Shown piece by piece: positions 38,724-46,839 of a stretch of DNA of 64,000 bases. Every line of letters starts with the position of its first letter. Within the stretch, counting starts at the first letter, position 1. Source of the DNA: Rhizobium sp. (GTDB lineage: Bacteria; Pseudomonadota; Gammaproteobacteria; Xanthomonadales; Xanthomonadaceae); assembly GCA_019459185.1 (NCBI GenBank), contig JAIBEO010000017.1, positions 5,761 through 69,760 of the forward strand. Direction: 5' to 3'. The translations under genes and the position numbers were made by a program. Below the pieces are notes generated by a model. The model was not told the origin of the DNA, did not search any database, and saw nothing but the letters and a program-made list of their open reading frames with translations.

Positions 38724-39863
38724 TCACTTGCCCGGCGCGAGCCGCCCGTGCCGGCGCAGGACTTCCACCAGCGCGGCGTGGTCGATGGCTTTCGCGTAGT
38801 TGCCGCCATGGCCCTGCATGTCGCGCGCCGCGACCATGGCATTGGTGATGGCTTCCTCGGTGGCCTGCACCGTGGCTTCGAACAGCGGGTCCATGCGGTC
38901 GTTGCCGACGAAGCGGGCCTGCTCGAGTTCGCCGCCGTCCAGCGCTTCGGCATTGGCGGTGGAGAAGGCCACAAAAATGTCGCCCGAGCCGTTGCCGGCG
39001 TAGCTGCCCAAACGCGCCAGGCCCAGGCTGGCCCGGCGCGCCAGGCGCTTGAGCTGGTGCGGCAGCAGCGGCGCGTCCGTGGCCACGACGATGATGATCG
39101 AACCGGTGTCGCCGGCCAGCGGATTGGGCTCGGTGTACACGCGGTCGTTGCGCAGGAACTGGCCCACCGGCACGCCGGCGATGCGCAGGCTGTCGCGCAG
39201 GCCGTAGTTCGCCTGCACCAGCACGCCCACGGTGTAGTTGCCGCGCACCCGCGAGGCGGTGCCGATGCCGCACTTGAACTCGTGGCAGACCATGCCGGTG
39301 CCGCCGCCGACGTTGCCTTCGGCCACGGGGCCGCCCTTCGCGCCACGCAGCGCCTGCACGGCGTGTTCGGCGGTTACGTGGAAGCCGTTGATGTCGTTGA
39401 GGTGCCCGTCCCAGGTTTCGGCCACCACCGGCAGCGACCACCAGTAGCCGGTGGTATCGGCGCCGCCGGCGCGCACGCGTTCGGCGATGACGGCGTCACG
39501 CACCACGCCCACGCTGTGGGTGTTGGTGAGCATGACCGGGCCTTCCAGCTGGCCCGATTCCTCCAGCCAGGCGGTGCCGGTCATCTCGCCGTTGCCGTTG
39601 AGCGCGAACCAGCCGCCGAACACCGGGGTGCTGTCGCTGGCCTGGCCGCGCGGCAGCACGGCGGTGACGCCGGTGCGCACCTTGCGGCCGTCGGGCTCGT
39701 CGCGGATGACCGTGGCGTGGCCCACCGTGACCCCGGCCACGTCGGTGATGGCGTTGAGCGGACCGGGCTGGCCCTCGAAGGGAATGCCCAGGTCACGGGC
39801 CCGCGGTTCGGCCGCCGAGGCGCCGGCGGCAAGGACAAGCAGCAACAGGCTGGCGCGGACCAT
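38724..39863 (-). CDS. Secreted P1 family Ntn-hydrolase (DmpA/BapA-like aminopeptidase)
   Basis: Signal peptide then PRARDLGIPF, NAITDVAGV, RTGVTAVLP, EGNVGGGTGM, autocleavage site TG|SIIIVVATDAP, NGSGD, ATEEAI. Confidence 0.9.
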   Translation of the reverse strand: MVRASLLLLVLAAGASAAEPRARDLGIPFEGQPGPLNAITDVAGVTVGHATVIRDEPDGRKVRTGVTAVLPRGQASDSTPVFGGWFALNGNGEMTGTAWLEESGQLEGPVMLTNTHSVGVVRDAVIAERVRAGGADTTGYWWSLPVVAETWDGHLNDINGFHVTAEHAVQALRGAKGGPVAEGNVGGGTGMVCHEFKCGIGTASRVRGNYTVGVLVQANYGLRDSLRIAGVPVGQFLRNDRVYTEPNPLAGDTGSIIIVVATDAPLLPHQLKRLARRASLGLARLGSYAGNGSGDIFVAFSTANAEALDGGELEQARFVGNDRMDPLFEATVQATEEAITNAMVAARDMQGHGGNYAKAIDHAALVEVLRRHGRLAPGK

Positions 39864-39920
39864 GGTTTCTCCCCGAGGATGGCGGTACCACCCGAAGCTT
39901 AATCGAACCCGGCGAAATCC

Positions 39921-40988
39921 ATGCACACTCCCGACGCAATCGTTCCGCTCGAATCCGCCACCGCGCTGCCCGCGCGCTTCTATGTCGGCGACGCCATGCT
40001 GGCGATGGAAAAACGTGCGGTATTCGCACGCAGCTGGCAGCTGGTGGCGCAGCAGGGCCAGCTGGCCGAGCCGGGCGACCACGTAGTGGAGCAGGTGGGC
40101 GACGTGCCGGTGATCGTGGTGCGCGGCCAGGACGGCGTGCTGCGTGCGTTCCCCAACGTCTGCCGGCACCGCGCCGGCCCGCTGGCGCTGTGCAACGGCA
40201 AGGGCGCCCGCGCGCTGCACTGCAAGTACCACGGCTGGAGCTACACGCTCGAGGGCCAGCTGCGCTCGGCCCCGGAAATGCAGGGCGCGGCGGACTTCGA
40301 CGTGTCCTCCATCCACCTTCCACCGCTGCGCGTGGTGGAGTGGCAGGGCCTGGTGTTCGTGGCGCTGAGCGAAAACGTGCCGCCCTTCGAGGAGGTGTAT
40401 GCCGGCATCACCGAACGCATCGCGCCCATCGACCTGGCGGCCATGCGCTTCCTGCGCCGCGACAGCTACGACATCGCCTGCAACTGGAAGGTCTACATCG
40501 ACAACTTCCTCGAGGGTTACCACCTGCCGCACGTGCACCCGGGGCTGTCGAAGGTGCTCGACTACCGCGTCTACGACACCGAACTGTTCCCCTGGCATTC
40601 GCTGCAGCACTCGCCGCTGCGCAACAGCGGCGACATCTATGGCGACGGCGAAGCCTTCTACTACTTCGTCTACCCGAACGTGATGCTCAACATCATGCCG
40701 GGTCGCCTGCAGACCAACCGCATCCTGCCGCTGGGGCCGGACCGCTGCCGGGTGGAGTTCGACTACTACTACGCCCGGGACGAACAGGCCCAGGCCCGCA
40801 TCGCCAACGACCAGGCCTTCAGCGACGGGGTGCAGGCCGAGGACATCACCATCTGCGAGGCGGTGCAGAAGGGCCTGGTCTCGGGTACCTACGAGGCCGG
40901 GCGGCTGTGCCCCAAGCGCGAAAGCGCGCTGTGGCTGTTCCACAACCAGCTGCGCGCCGCCTACGCCGCCGCGGGGAGCGCCGCGTGA
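39921..40988 (+). CDS. Rieske non-heme iron oxygenase alpha subunit (choline monooxygenase/CntA/Stc2-like)
   Basis: CRHR...CKYHGW Rieske motif; NWKVYIDNFLEGYHLPHVH and AEDITIC mononuclear Fe ligands. Confidence 0.9.
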   Translation: MHTPDAIVPLESATALPARFYVGDAMLAMEKRAVFARSWQLVAQQGQLAEPGDHVVEQVGDVPVIVVRGQDGVLRAFPNVCRHRAGPLALCNGKGARALHCKYHGWSYTLEGQLRSAPEMQGAADFDVSSIHLPPLRVVEWQGLVFVALSENVPPFEEVYAGITERIAPIDLAAMRFLRRDSYDIACNWKVYIDNFLEGYHLPHVHPGLSKVLDYRVYDTELFPWHSLQHSPLRNSGDIYGDGEAFYYFVYPNVMLNIMPGRLQTNRILPLGPDRCRVEFDYYYARDEQAQARIANDQAFSDGVQAEDITICEAVQKGLVSGTYEAGRLCPKRESALWLFHNQLRAAYAAAGSAA

Positions 40989-42268
40989 GGCGCGCCGGCC
41001 TGGCGCTGGCCCTGGCCGCAGCGCTGGTGGCCCCGGCCGCCGCGCAGGACCTGGTGCTGCGCGCCGGCCACGTGGTGGACGTGGAAACCGGCGAGGTCCG
41101 CGCCGACCAGGCCATCACCGTGCGCGACGGCCGCATCGCCGCCATCGCGCCGTGGAAAGACGAGGCACCCGAAGGCGCGCGCGTGCTCGACTGGTCCGCG
41201 CACGTGGTGGTGCCCGGCCTGATGGACATGCATACGCACCTGGCCGAGGAAGACCAGAGCGCCGACCTGGCCGCGCCGCTCAAGGCCACGCCGGCCCGCG
41301 CCGCCTTCGTGGGCGCGCGCAACGCCGCCGCCACGCTGCGCGCCGGCTTCACCACCGTGCGCGACGTGGGCGCCTACCGCGCCTTCGCCGACGTGGCCCT
41401 GCGCGACGCCATCAACGAAGGCCTGGTGCCCGGGCCGCGGATGTTCGTGGCCGGCGGCTACGTCACCGTCACCGGCGGCGGCGGCGAACTCACCGGCCTG
41501 CCGGAAGGCAGCGTGGTGACGCCGGAATTCCGCGTGGGCGTGGCCGACGGCGAGGCCCAGGTGCGCCAGGCCGTGGGGCGTTTCCTCGATGGCGGCGCCG
41601 ATTTCATCAAGCTCATCGCCACCGGCGCCGTGCTCACCGCCGGCACCGAACCAGGTTCATCGGAGTATTCCGAAGCCGAAGTGCGCGCCGCGGTGGAAGC
41701 CGCTGCCACGCGCGGCACCTGGGTGGCCGCGCATGCCCACGGCGCCGAAGGCATCGCCGCCGCGGCCCGGGCCGGCGCCCGCAGCATCGAACACGGTTCG
41801 CTGATGGACGACGCCGCCATCGCCGAAATGAAAAGACACGGCACCTGGCTGGTGGCCGACATCTACAACGGCGACTACATCGACGCCGTCGGCCGCCGCG
41901 ACGGCTGGTCGGAAGAGATCCTGCGCAAGAACACCGAAACCACCGAAGCCCAGCGCGCCGGCTTCCGCAAGGCCGTCGCCGCCGGCGTGAACATCGCCTA
42001 CGGCACCGACGCCGGCGTCTACCCGCACGGCGACAACGCCCGCCAGTTCGCCTACATGGTGCGGCATGGCATGTCGCCGCTGCAGGCCCTGCAGTCGGCC
42101 ACCCTCCACTCGGCGCGCCTGCTGGGCCAGGAAAACACGCTCGGTTCCATCACCGTGGGCAAGGCCGCCGACCTGGTGGCCGTGGCCTGCAACCCCCTCT
42201 CCGACATCACCTGCCTCGAGCGTGTGCGCGGCGTGGTGAAGGCCGGCGACCCCGTTCCGATGCATTGA
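40985..42268 (+). CDS. Secreted amidohydrolase superfamily protein (Xaa-Pro dipeptidase-like)
   Basis: GTG start overlapping the Rieske stop, signal peptide, PGLMDMHTH, IKLIATG, AHAHG, IEHG, GTDAG. Confidence 0.85.
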   Translation: MRRAGLALALAAALVAPAAAQDLVLRAGHVVDVETGEVRADQAITVRDGRIAAIAPWKDEAPEGARVLDWSAHVVVPGLMDMHTHLAEEDQSADLAAPLKATPARAAFVGARNAAATLRAGFTTVRDVGAYRAFADVALRDAINEGLVPGPRMFVAGGYVTVTGGGGELTGLPEGSVVTPEFRVGVADGEAQVRQAVGRFLDGGADFIKLIATGAVLTAGTEPGSSEYSEAEVRAAVEAAATRGTWVAAHAHGAEGIAAAARAGARSIEHGSLMDDAAIAEMKRHGTWLVADIYNGDYIDAVGRRDGWSEEILRKNTETTEAQRAGFRKAVAAGVNIAYGTDAGVYPHGDNARQFAYMVRHGMSPLQALQSATLHSARLLGQENTLGSITVGKAADLVAVACNPLSDITCLERVRGVVKAGDPVPMH

Positions 42269-42283
42269 CCCTGCGGACCCTGG

Positions 42284-43588
42284 ATGAACGACACCAAGAA
42301 GATCGGTTTCTGGACCTGCACCGCCCTCGTGGTGGGCAACACCATCGGCATGGGCATCTTCCTGCTGCCGGCCTCGCTGGCGCCGTTCGGGCTCAATGCC
42401 CTGATCGGCTGGGTGGTGGTGGTGCTGGGCTGCCTGGCGTTGGCGCGGGTGTTCGCGCACCTGGCGCGCGAGCTGCCGCAGGCCGAGGGGCCCTATGGCT
42501 ACGTGCGCTCCACCCTGGGCGAACTGCCGGCCTACGTGGCACTGTGGTGCTACTGGGTGTCGCTGTGGATCACCAACGCGGCGCTGGCCACCGGCGTGGT
42601 GGGTTACCTGCAGGCGGTGTTCCCGGAGCTGGTGGTGCTGCATCCTTCGCTGTGCGCGCTGGTGCTGCTGTGGGTATTCGTGGCCATCAACTCGGCCGGC
42701 GTGCGCAGCGGCGGCGCGGTGCAGATCGTCACCACCGGGCTCAAGCTGCTGCCGATGGTGGCGGTCGCCGCGCTGGGCGCCTGGGTGCTCTTCACCACGC
42801 CGGGCGAATACGTGGCGCACCCGCCGACGCCGGCCATCAGCCTGGGCGCGACGATGTCGGCGGCCACCATCGCGCTGTTCGCCATGCTGGGCATCGAATC
42901 GGCCACGGTGCCGGCCTCGAAGGTGCGCGACCCGGGCATCACCATCCCGCGCGCCACCCTGGTGGGCACGCTGGTGGTGGCGGTGATCTACCTCATTGTT
43001 TCCACCGTGCCGCTGCTGCTGATTCCCGAGGCGCAGCTGGCCGAATCGAGCGCGCCGTTCGCGCTGCTGATGTCGCTGTTCGGCGGCGACGGCTCCGGGC
43101 GCTGGCTGGCGCTGTTCGTGGTGGTGTCGGGCCTGGGCGCGCTCAACGGCTGGACCCTGCTGGTGGGCGAACTCACCCGCACCATGGCCGGGCACGGCGT
43201 GCTGCCGGGTTTCCTGGCCGTCGGCAACCGCGCCGGCGCCCCGGGCCGCGCCCTGCTGGTGACCGGCGTTCTGGGCAGCGCCATGGTGCTGATGAGCTAC
43301 AGCAAGACCCTGGTGGCCGGCTTCACCTTCCTCACCACCGTGGTCACCGCCGCCAACCTGCCGCTCTACGCCTGCTGTTCGCTGGCGCTGGTGGTGACCT
43401 GGCGCCGTGGCGGCGGCATGCGCACGGGCATGCTGGTGGCCTCGCTGCTGGCGTTGGCCTTCGTGGTGTTCGCCTTCATCGGCATGGGCCGCGAACCCTT
43501 CCTGTGGGCGCTGGTGCTGGCGGTGGCGGGGCTGCCGCTGTACGCCTTCCTGCGCCTTCGCACCAAGGCGGCGGCCGGCCATGCGTGA
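42284..43588 (+). CDS. APC-family amino acid/polyamine transporter (AdiC/CadB/PotE-like)
   Basis: GNTIGMGIFLLPASLA, GPYGY, LGIESA, DPGITIPRAT; about 12 hydrophobic segments. Confidence 0.88.
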   Translation: MNDTKKIGFWTCTALVVGNTIGMGIFLLPASLAPFGLNALIGWVVVVLGCLALARVFAHLARELPQAEGPYGYVRSTLGELPAYVALWCYWVSLWITNAALATGVVGYLQAVFPELVVLHPSLCALVLLWVFVAINSAGVRSGGAVQIVTTGLKLLPMVAVAALGAWVLFTTPGEYVAHPPTPAISLGATMSAATIALFAMLGIESATVPASKVRDPGITIPRATLVGTLVVAVIYLIVSTVPLLLIPEAQLAESSAPFALLMSLFGGDGSGRWLALFVVVSGLGALNGWTLLVGELTRTMAGHGVLPGFLAVGNRAGAPGRALLVTGVLGSAMVLMSYSKTLVAGFTFLTTVVTAANLPLYACCSLALVVTWRRGGGMRTGMLVASLLALAFVVFAFIGMGREPFLWALVLAVAGLPLYAFLRLRTKAAAGHA

Positions 43589-45665
43589 TCCGCGCTACGA
43601 CGTCCTGTTCGAACCGGTGCGCATCGGCCCGGTGGTGGCGAAGAACCGCTTCTTCCAGGTGCCGCACTGCAACGGCATGGGCCACCAGATGCCGCTGGCC
43701 CACGCCGCCATGCGCGAGGTGAAGGCCGAGGGCGGCTGGGCGGTGATTTCCACCGAAGAATGCGAAATCCACCCCAGCTCCGACCTCACGCCCTACGTCG
43801 AGGCGCGGCTGTGGGACGACCGCGACATCCCGGCGCTCTCGCTCATGGCCGACAAGGTGCACGCGTTTGGCGCGCTGGCCGCCATCGAACTCAGCCACAA
43901 CGGCCCCACGGCCTCGAACCTGTATTCGCGCGAGGTGCTGCTGGCGCCCTCGCACCAGCCTTCGAAGTACGGCTACCCGGCGCAGGCGCGGGCCATGGAC
44001 AAGGCCGACATCCGCGCCTACCGCCAGTGGCACCGCGACGCCGCCGTGCGCGGCATGCGCGCCGGCATGGACATCGTCTACGTCTACGCCGCGCATGACC
44101 TGTCGTTGCCCATGCACTTCCTGCAGCGCCGCCGCAACCAGCGCAGCGATGAATACGGTGGCTCGCTGGAGAACCGCGTTCGCCTGCTGCGCGAAGTGCT
44201 GCAGGATACGAAAGAGGCGGTGGGTCACCGCTGCGGCGTGGCCCTGCGTTTCGCCACCGACGAGTTCCTGGGCCCGGGCGGCGTGGAACTGGCCGAGGCG
44301 CGCGACATCGTGGCCATGCTGGCCGAATTGCCCGACCTGTGGGACGTGAACGTGGCCGCCTGGTACAACGATTCGGTGCCCTCGCGCTTCGCCCCGGAGG
44401 GCGCGCAGGAGCCCTTCATCGACTTCGTGAAGAAGACCACCAGCAAGCCGGTGGTGGGCGTGGGCCGCTTCACCTCGCCCGACACCATGGTCAGCCAGGT
44501 CCGCCGCGGCGTGGTGGACTTCATCGGCGCCGCGCGCCCGTCCATCGCCGACCCCTTCCTGCCGCGCAAGATCGAAGAAGGCCGGCTCGACGACATCCGC
44601 GAGTGCATCGGCTGCAACATCTGCATCACCGGTGACAACACCATCACGCCCATCCGCTGCACCCAGAACCCGGGCATGGGCGAGGAGTGGCGCAAGGGCT
44701 GGCACCCCGAGCACATCGCCCCGAAAAAATCCGACGCGCGCGTGCTGGTGGTGGGCGGCGGCCCGGCCGGCCTGGAAGCCGCGCGGGCGCTGGGCCAGCG
44801 CGGCCACGAGGTGGCGCTGGCGGAAGCGTCGAAGGAGCTCGGCGGCCGCGTCAGCCGCGAGGCGCGCCTGCCGGGCCTGGCCGAATGGGGCCGGGTGCGC
44901 GACTGGCGCGTGGGGCAGATCCGCAAGCTGCCGAACGTATCCACCTACCTCGATTCGACGCTGTCGGCGCAGGACGTGCTCGATTTCGGCGCGCAGCACG
45001 TGGTGCTGGCCACCGGCTGCCACTGGCGCCGCGACGGCTACGGCCGCAGCAACGGCCTGGGCATTCCGGGCCTGGCGGAGCATCCGTCGGTGTTCACGCT
45101 GGACGACCTGATGGACGGCCGCCTGCCCACCGGCACCGTGGCGGTGTTCGACGACGACTATTTCTACTACGCCACCGTCGCCGCCGAGGCGCTGGCGAAG
45201 GCGGGCTGCCGGGTGGTCTTCATCACGCCCGACGACACGCCAGCGTCCTGGGGCGCCTACACGCTGGAATACCGGCACGTGCGCAAGCGGCTGGCGGCGC
45301 TGGGCGTGGAGATCCGCGTGTCCACCAACCTCACGGGTTTCACCGGGCGCACGCTGTCGCTGGAAGACGTTTGGTCCGACGCGACCTCGACGCTGGAAGT
45401 GGACGCCGTGCTCACCATCACCGCGCGCCTGCCCAACGACGAACTGTTGCACGCCCTGAAGGCCCGCGAAAGCGAGTGGGCCGACGCCGGCATCCAAAGC
45501 GTGGACTGCATTGGCGACGCGCTGGCGCCGGGGCTGATCGCCCACGCCGTGTACGCGGGCCATCGTTACGCGCAGGAACTGGGCGAAGCCAGGACCGGCG
45601 AGGTGCCCTTCAAGCGGCACTTCCACACGGCCGACGCCGCCGACCTGCTTCGCGGCGAAGGCTAG
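43581..45665 (+). CDS. Histamine/trimethylamine dehydrogenase-like FMN, [4Fe-4S] flavoprotein
   Basis: KNRFFQVPHCNGMG (Cys for 6-S-cysteinyl-FMN), ECIGCNICITGD...RCTQN cluster motif, VGGGPAGLEAA nucleotide fold, DALAPG. Confidence 0.85.
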   Translation: MRDPRYDVLFEPVRIGPVVAKNRFFQVPHCNGMGHQMPLAHAAMREVKAEGGWAVISTEECEIHPSSDLTPYVEARLWDDRDIPALSLMADKVHAFGALAAIELSHNGPTASNLYSREVLLAPSHQPSKYGYPAQARAMDKADIRAYRQWHRDAAVRGMRAGMDIVYVYAAHDLSLPMHFLQRRRNQRSDEYGGSLENRVRLLREVLQDTKEAVGHRCGVALRFATDEFLGPGGVELAEARDIVAMLAELPDLWDVNVAAWYNDSVPSRFAPEGAQEPFIDFVKKTTSKPVVGVGRFTSPDTMVSQVRRGVVDFIGAARPSIADPFLPRKIEEGRLDDIRECIGCNICITGDNTITPIRCTQNPGMGEEWRKGWHPEHIAPKKSDARVLVVGGGPAGLEAARALGQRGHEVALAEASKELGGRVSREARLPGLAEWGRVRDWRVGQIRKLPNVSTYLDSTLSAQDVLDFGAQHVVLATGCHWRRDGYGRSNGLGIPGLAEHPSVFTLDDLMDGRLPTGTVAVFDDDYFYYATVAAEALAKAGCRVVFITPDDTPASWGAYTLEYRHVRKRLAALGVEIRVSTNLTGFTGRTLSLEDVWSDATSTLEVDAVLTITARLPNDELLHALKARESEWADAGIQSVDCIGDALAPGLIAHAVYAGHRYAQELGEARTGEVPFKRHFHTADAADLLRGEG

Positions 45666-46249
45666 GGCGCGCCGAGGATTTCCTTGAGGTCGCCGGCATC
45701 GGGCAGGCCGGGGAATCGCTTCAGCCGGCCCGCGGCATCGAGGTAGACCAGGCCGGGCGTGCCGTGGAAACCCAGCGCGCGCAGCAGTTTTTCGTTGGCG
45801 TCGAGCTTGGCCCGGAGCGCCGGCGGCACCGGCGCCAGTGGGCGGATGCCGCCCTCGCGGTAGTGGCGTTCGTTGCGGGCCAGCGCCTCGGCCGGCGACG
45901 CGGCGCCCAGGATGGCCGCCGCCTTGCCTGGGCTGTCGTCGTCGATGATGCCCACCATCAGGTGGCGAACCTGCACCTGCCCGGACTCCACGTAGGGGCG
46001 CGCGGCCAGCCAGAAGCGGTTGCAGTAGCCGCAGTTGGGGTCGGCGAAGGCGTAGACGAAACGCGGCGCATCCGCGCGGCCGTCGGCCACCCAGTGGCCC
46101 TGTGCCAGCCGCGCCCAATCCTCGCGGGCGCGCACGAGTTCTGCCTCCGTGGGCGCGGCCAGGGCGGGCGCCGCCGCGCCGCCCGGCAAGGGCAGCAGCA
46201 GGGCCAGCAGCAGGGCCAGCAGCAGGGCAGGCAGGGTCGTCCGGGCCAT
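45662..46249 (-). CDS. Short DsbG-like periplasmic thiol:disulfide interchange protein
   Basis: Signal peptide, FADPNCGYCNRFW (CxxC), GTP cis-Pro loop; only about 195 aa. Confidence 0.78.
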   Translation of the reverse strand: MARTTLPALLLALLLALLLPLPGGAAAPALAAPTEAELVRAREDWARLAQGHWVADGRADAPRFVYAFADPNCGYCNRFWLAARPYVESGQVQVRHLMVGIIDDDSPGKAAAILGAASPAEALARNERHYREGGIRPLAPVPPALRAKLDANEKLLRALGFHGTPGLVYLDAAGRLKRFPGLPDAGDLKEILGAP

Positions 46250-46257
46250 GTTGCAAT

Positions 46258-46279
46258 CATATACCCGCGGGGGTATATG
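46258..46279. promoter_or_regulatory. CsoR/RcnR/FrmR-type operator palindrome
   Basis: Perfect CATATACCC-GCGG-GGGTATATG between the divergent dsbG-like and psiE-like genes; ATACCC-N4-GGGTAT is the CsoR-family pattern. Confidence 0.65.
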
Positions 46280-46313
46280 CTGGTCACGGGTCCGCATCGT
46301 GGGGAGCGAAGGC

Positions 46314-46748
46314 ATGGCCACCCGGCTGGAACTGGCGCTGCTGAGCGCGCGTGGCGTGGGCAAGGGCATCCGCCTGCTCGAATACCTGGGCCTGGTGATC
46401 GTGCTGGCCGCGACCCTGCTGGCCGGCGGCCACGAGGTCTGGCGCATGTTCTCCAGCGGCAAGGTGGGCATCGGCGACCTGCTGCTGCTGTTCATGTACC
46501 TCGAGATGGTTTCCATGGTGGAAACCTACTGGCGCATGGGCAAGCTGCCGGTGCGCATGCCGCTGTACATCGCCATGGTGGGCATCGCCCGGCACCTGAT
46601 GGCCGATTCCTCCTACCACGACCCCTGGCTGATGATCGCCGGCGCCGGCGCCATCGTGCTGCTGGCGGCGGGCGTGTTCATCGTGCGCTACGGCCACCTG
46701 CGTTTTCCGTACACGCAGGCCGGCGAGGAAGTCACGGACAGGGAGTGA
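46314..46748 (+). CDS. Phosphate-starvation-inducible PsiE-family membrane protein
   Basis: Four hydrophobic segments; DLLLLFMYLE, GKLPVRMPLYIAMVGIARHL. Confidence 0.78.
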   Translation: MATRLELALLSARGVGKGIRLLEYLGLVIVLAATLLAGGHEVWRMFSSGKVGIGDLLLLFMYLEMVSMVETYWRMGKLPVRMPLYIAMVGIARHLMADSSYHDPWLMIAGAGAIVLLAAGVFIVRYGHLRFPYTQAGEEVTDRE

Positions 46749-46839
46749 GCCCGCCGGCAAGGCCGGCGCGCCATGACGGATGACGGTGTTGGGCGGCTGC
46801 CGGATAATGGCGGGCTCAGCTCCCCCAAGGCCCGCCCGC

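Noticed and set aside
46193-46228. 12-bp tandem repeat (CAGCAGCAGGGC x3)
   Set aside because: It encodes ALLL repeats in the DsbG-like signal peptide; in-frame and too short to suggest phase variation
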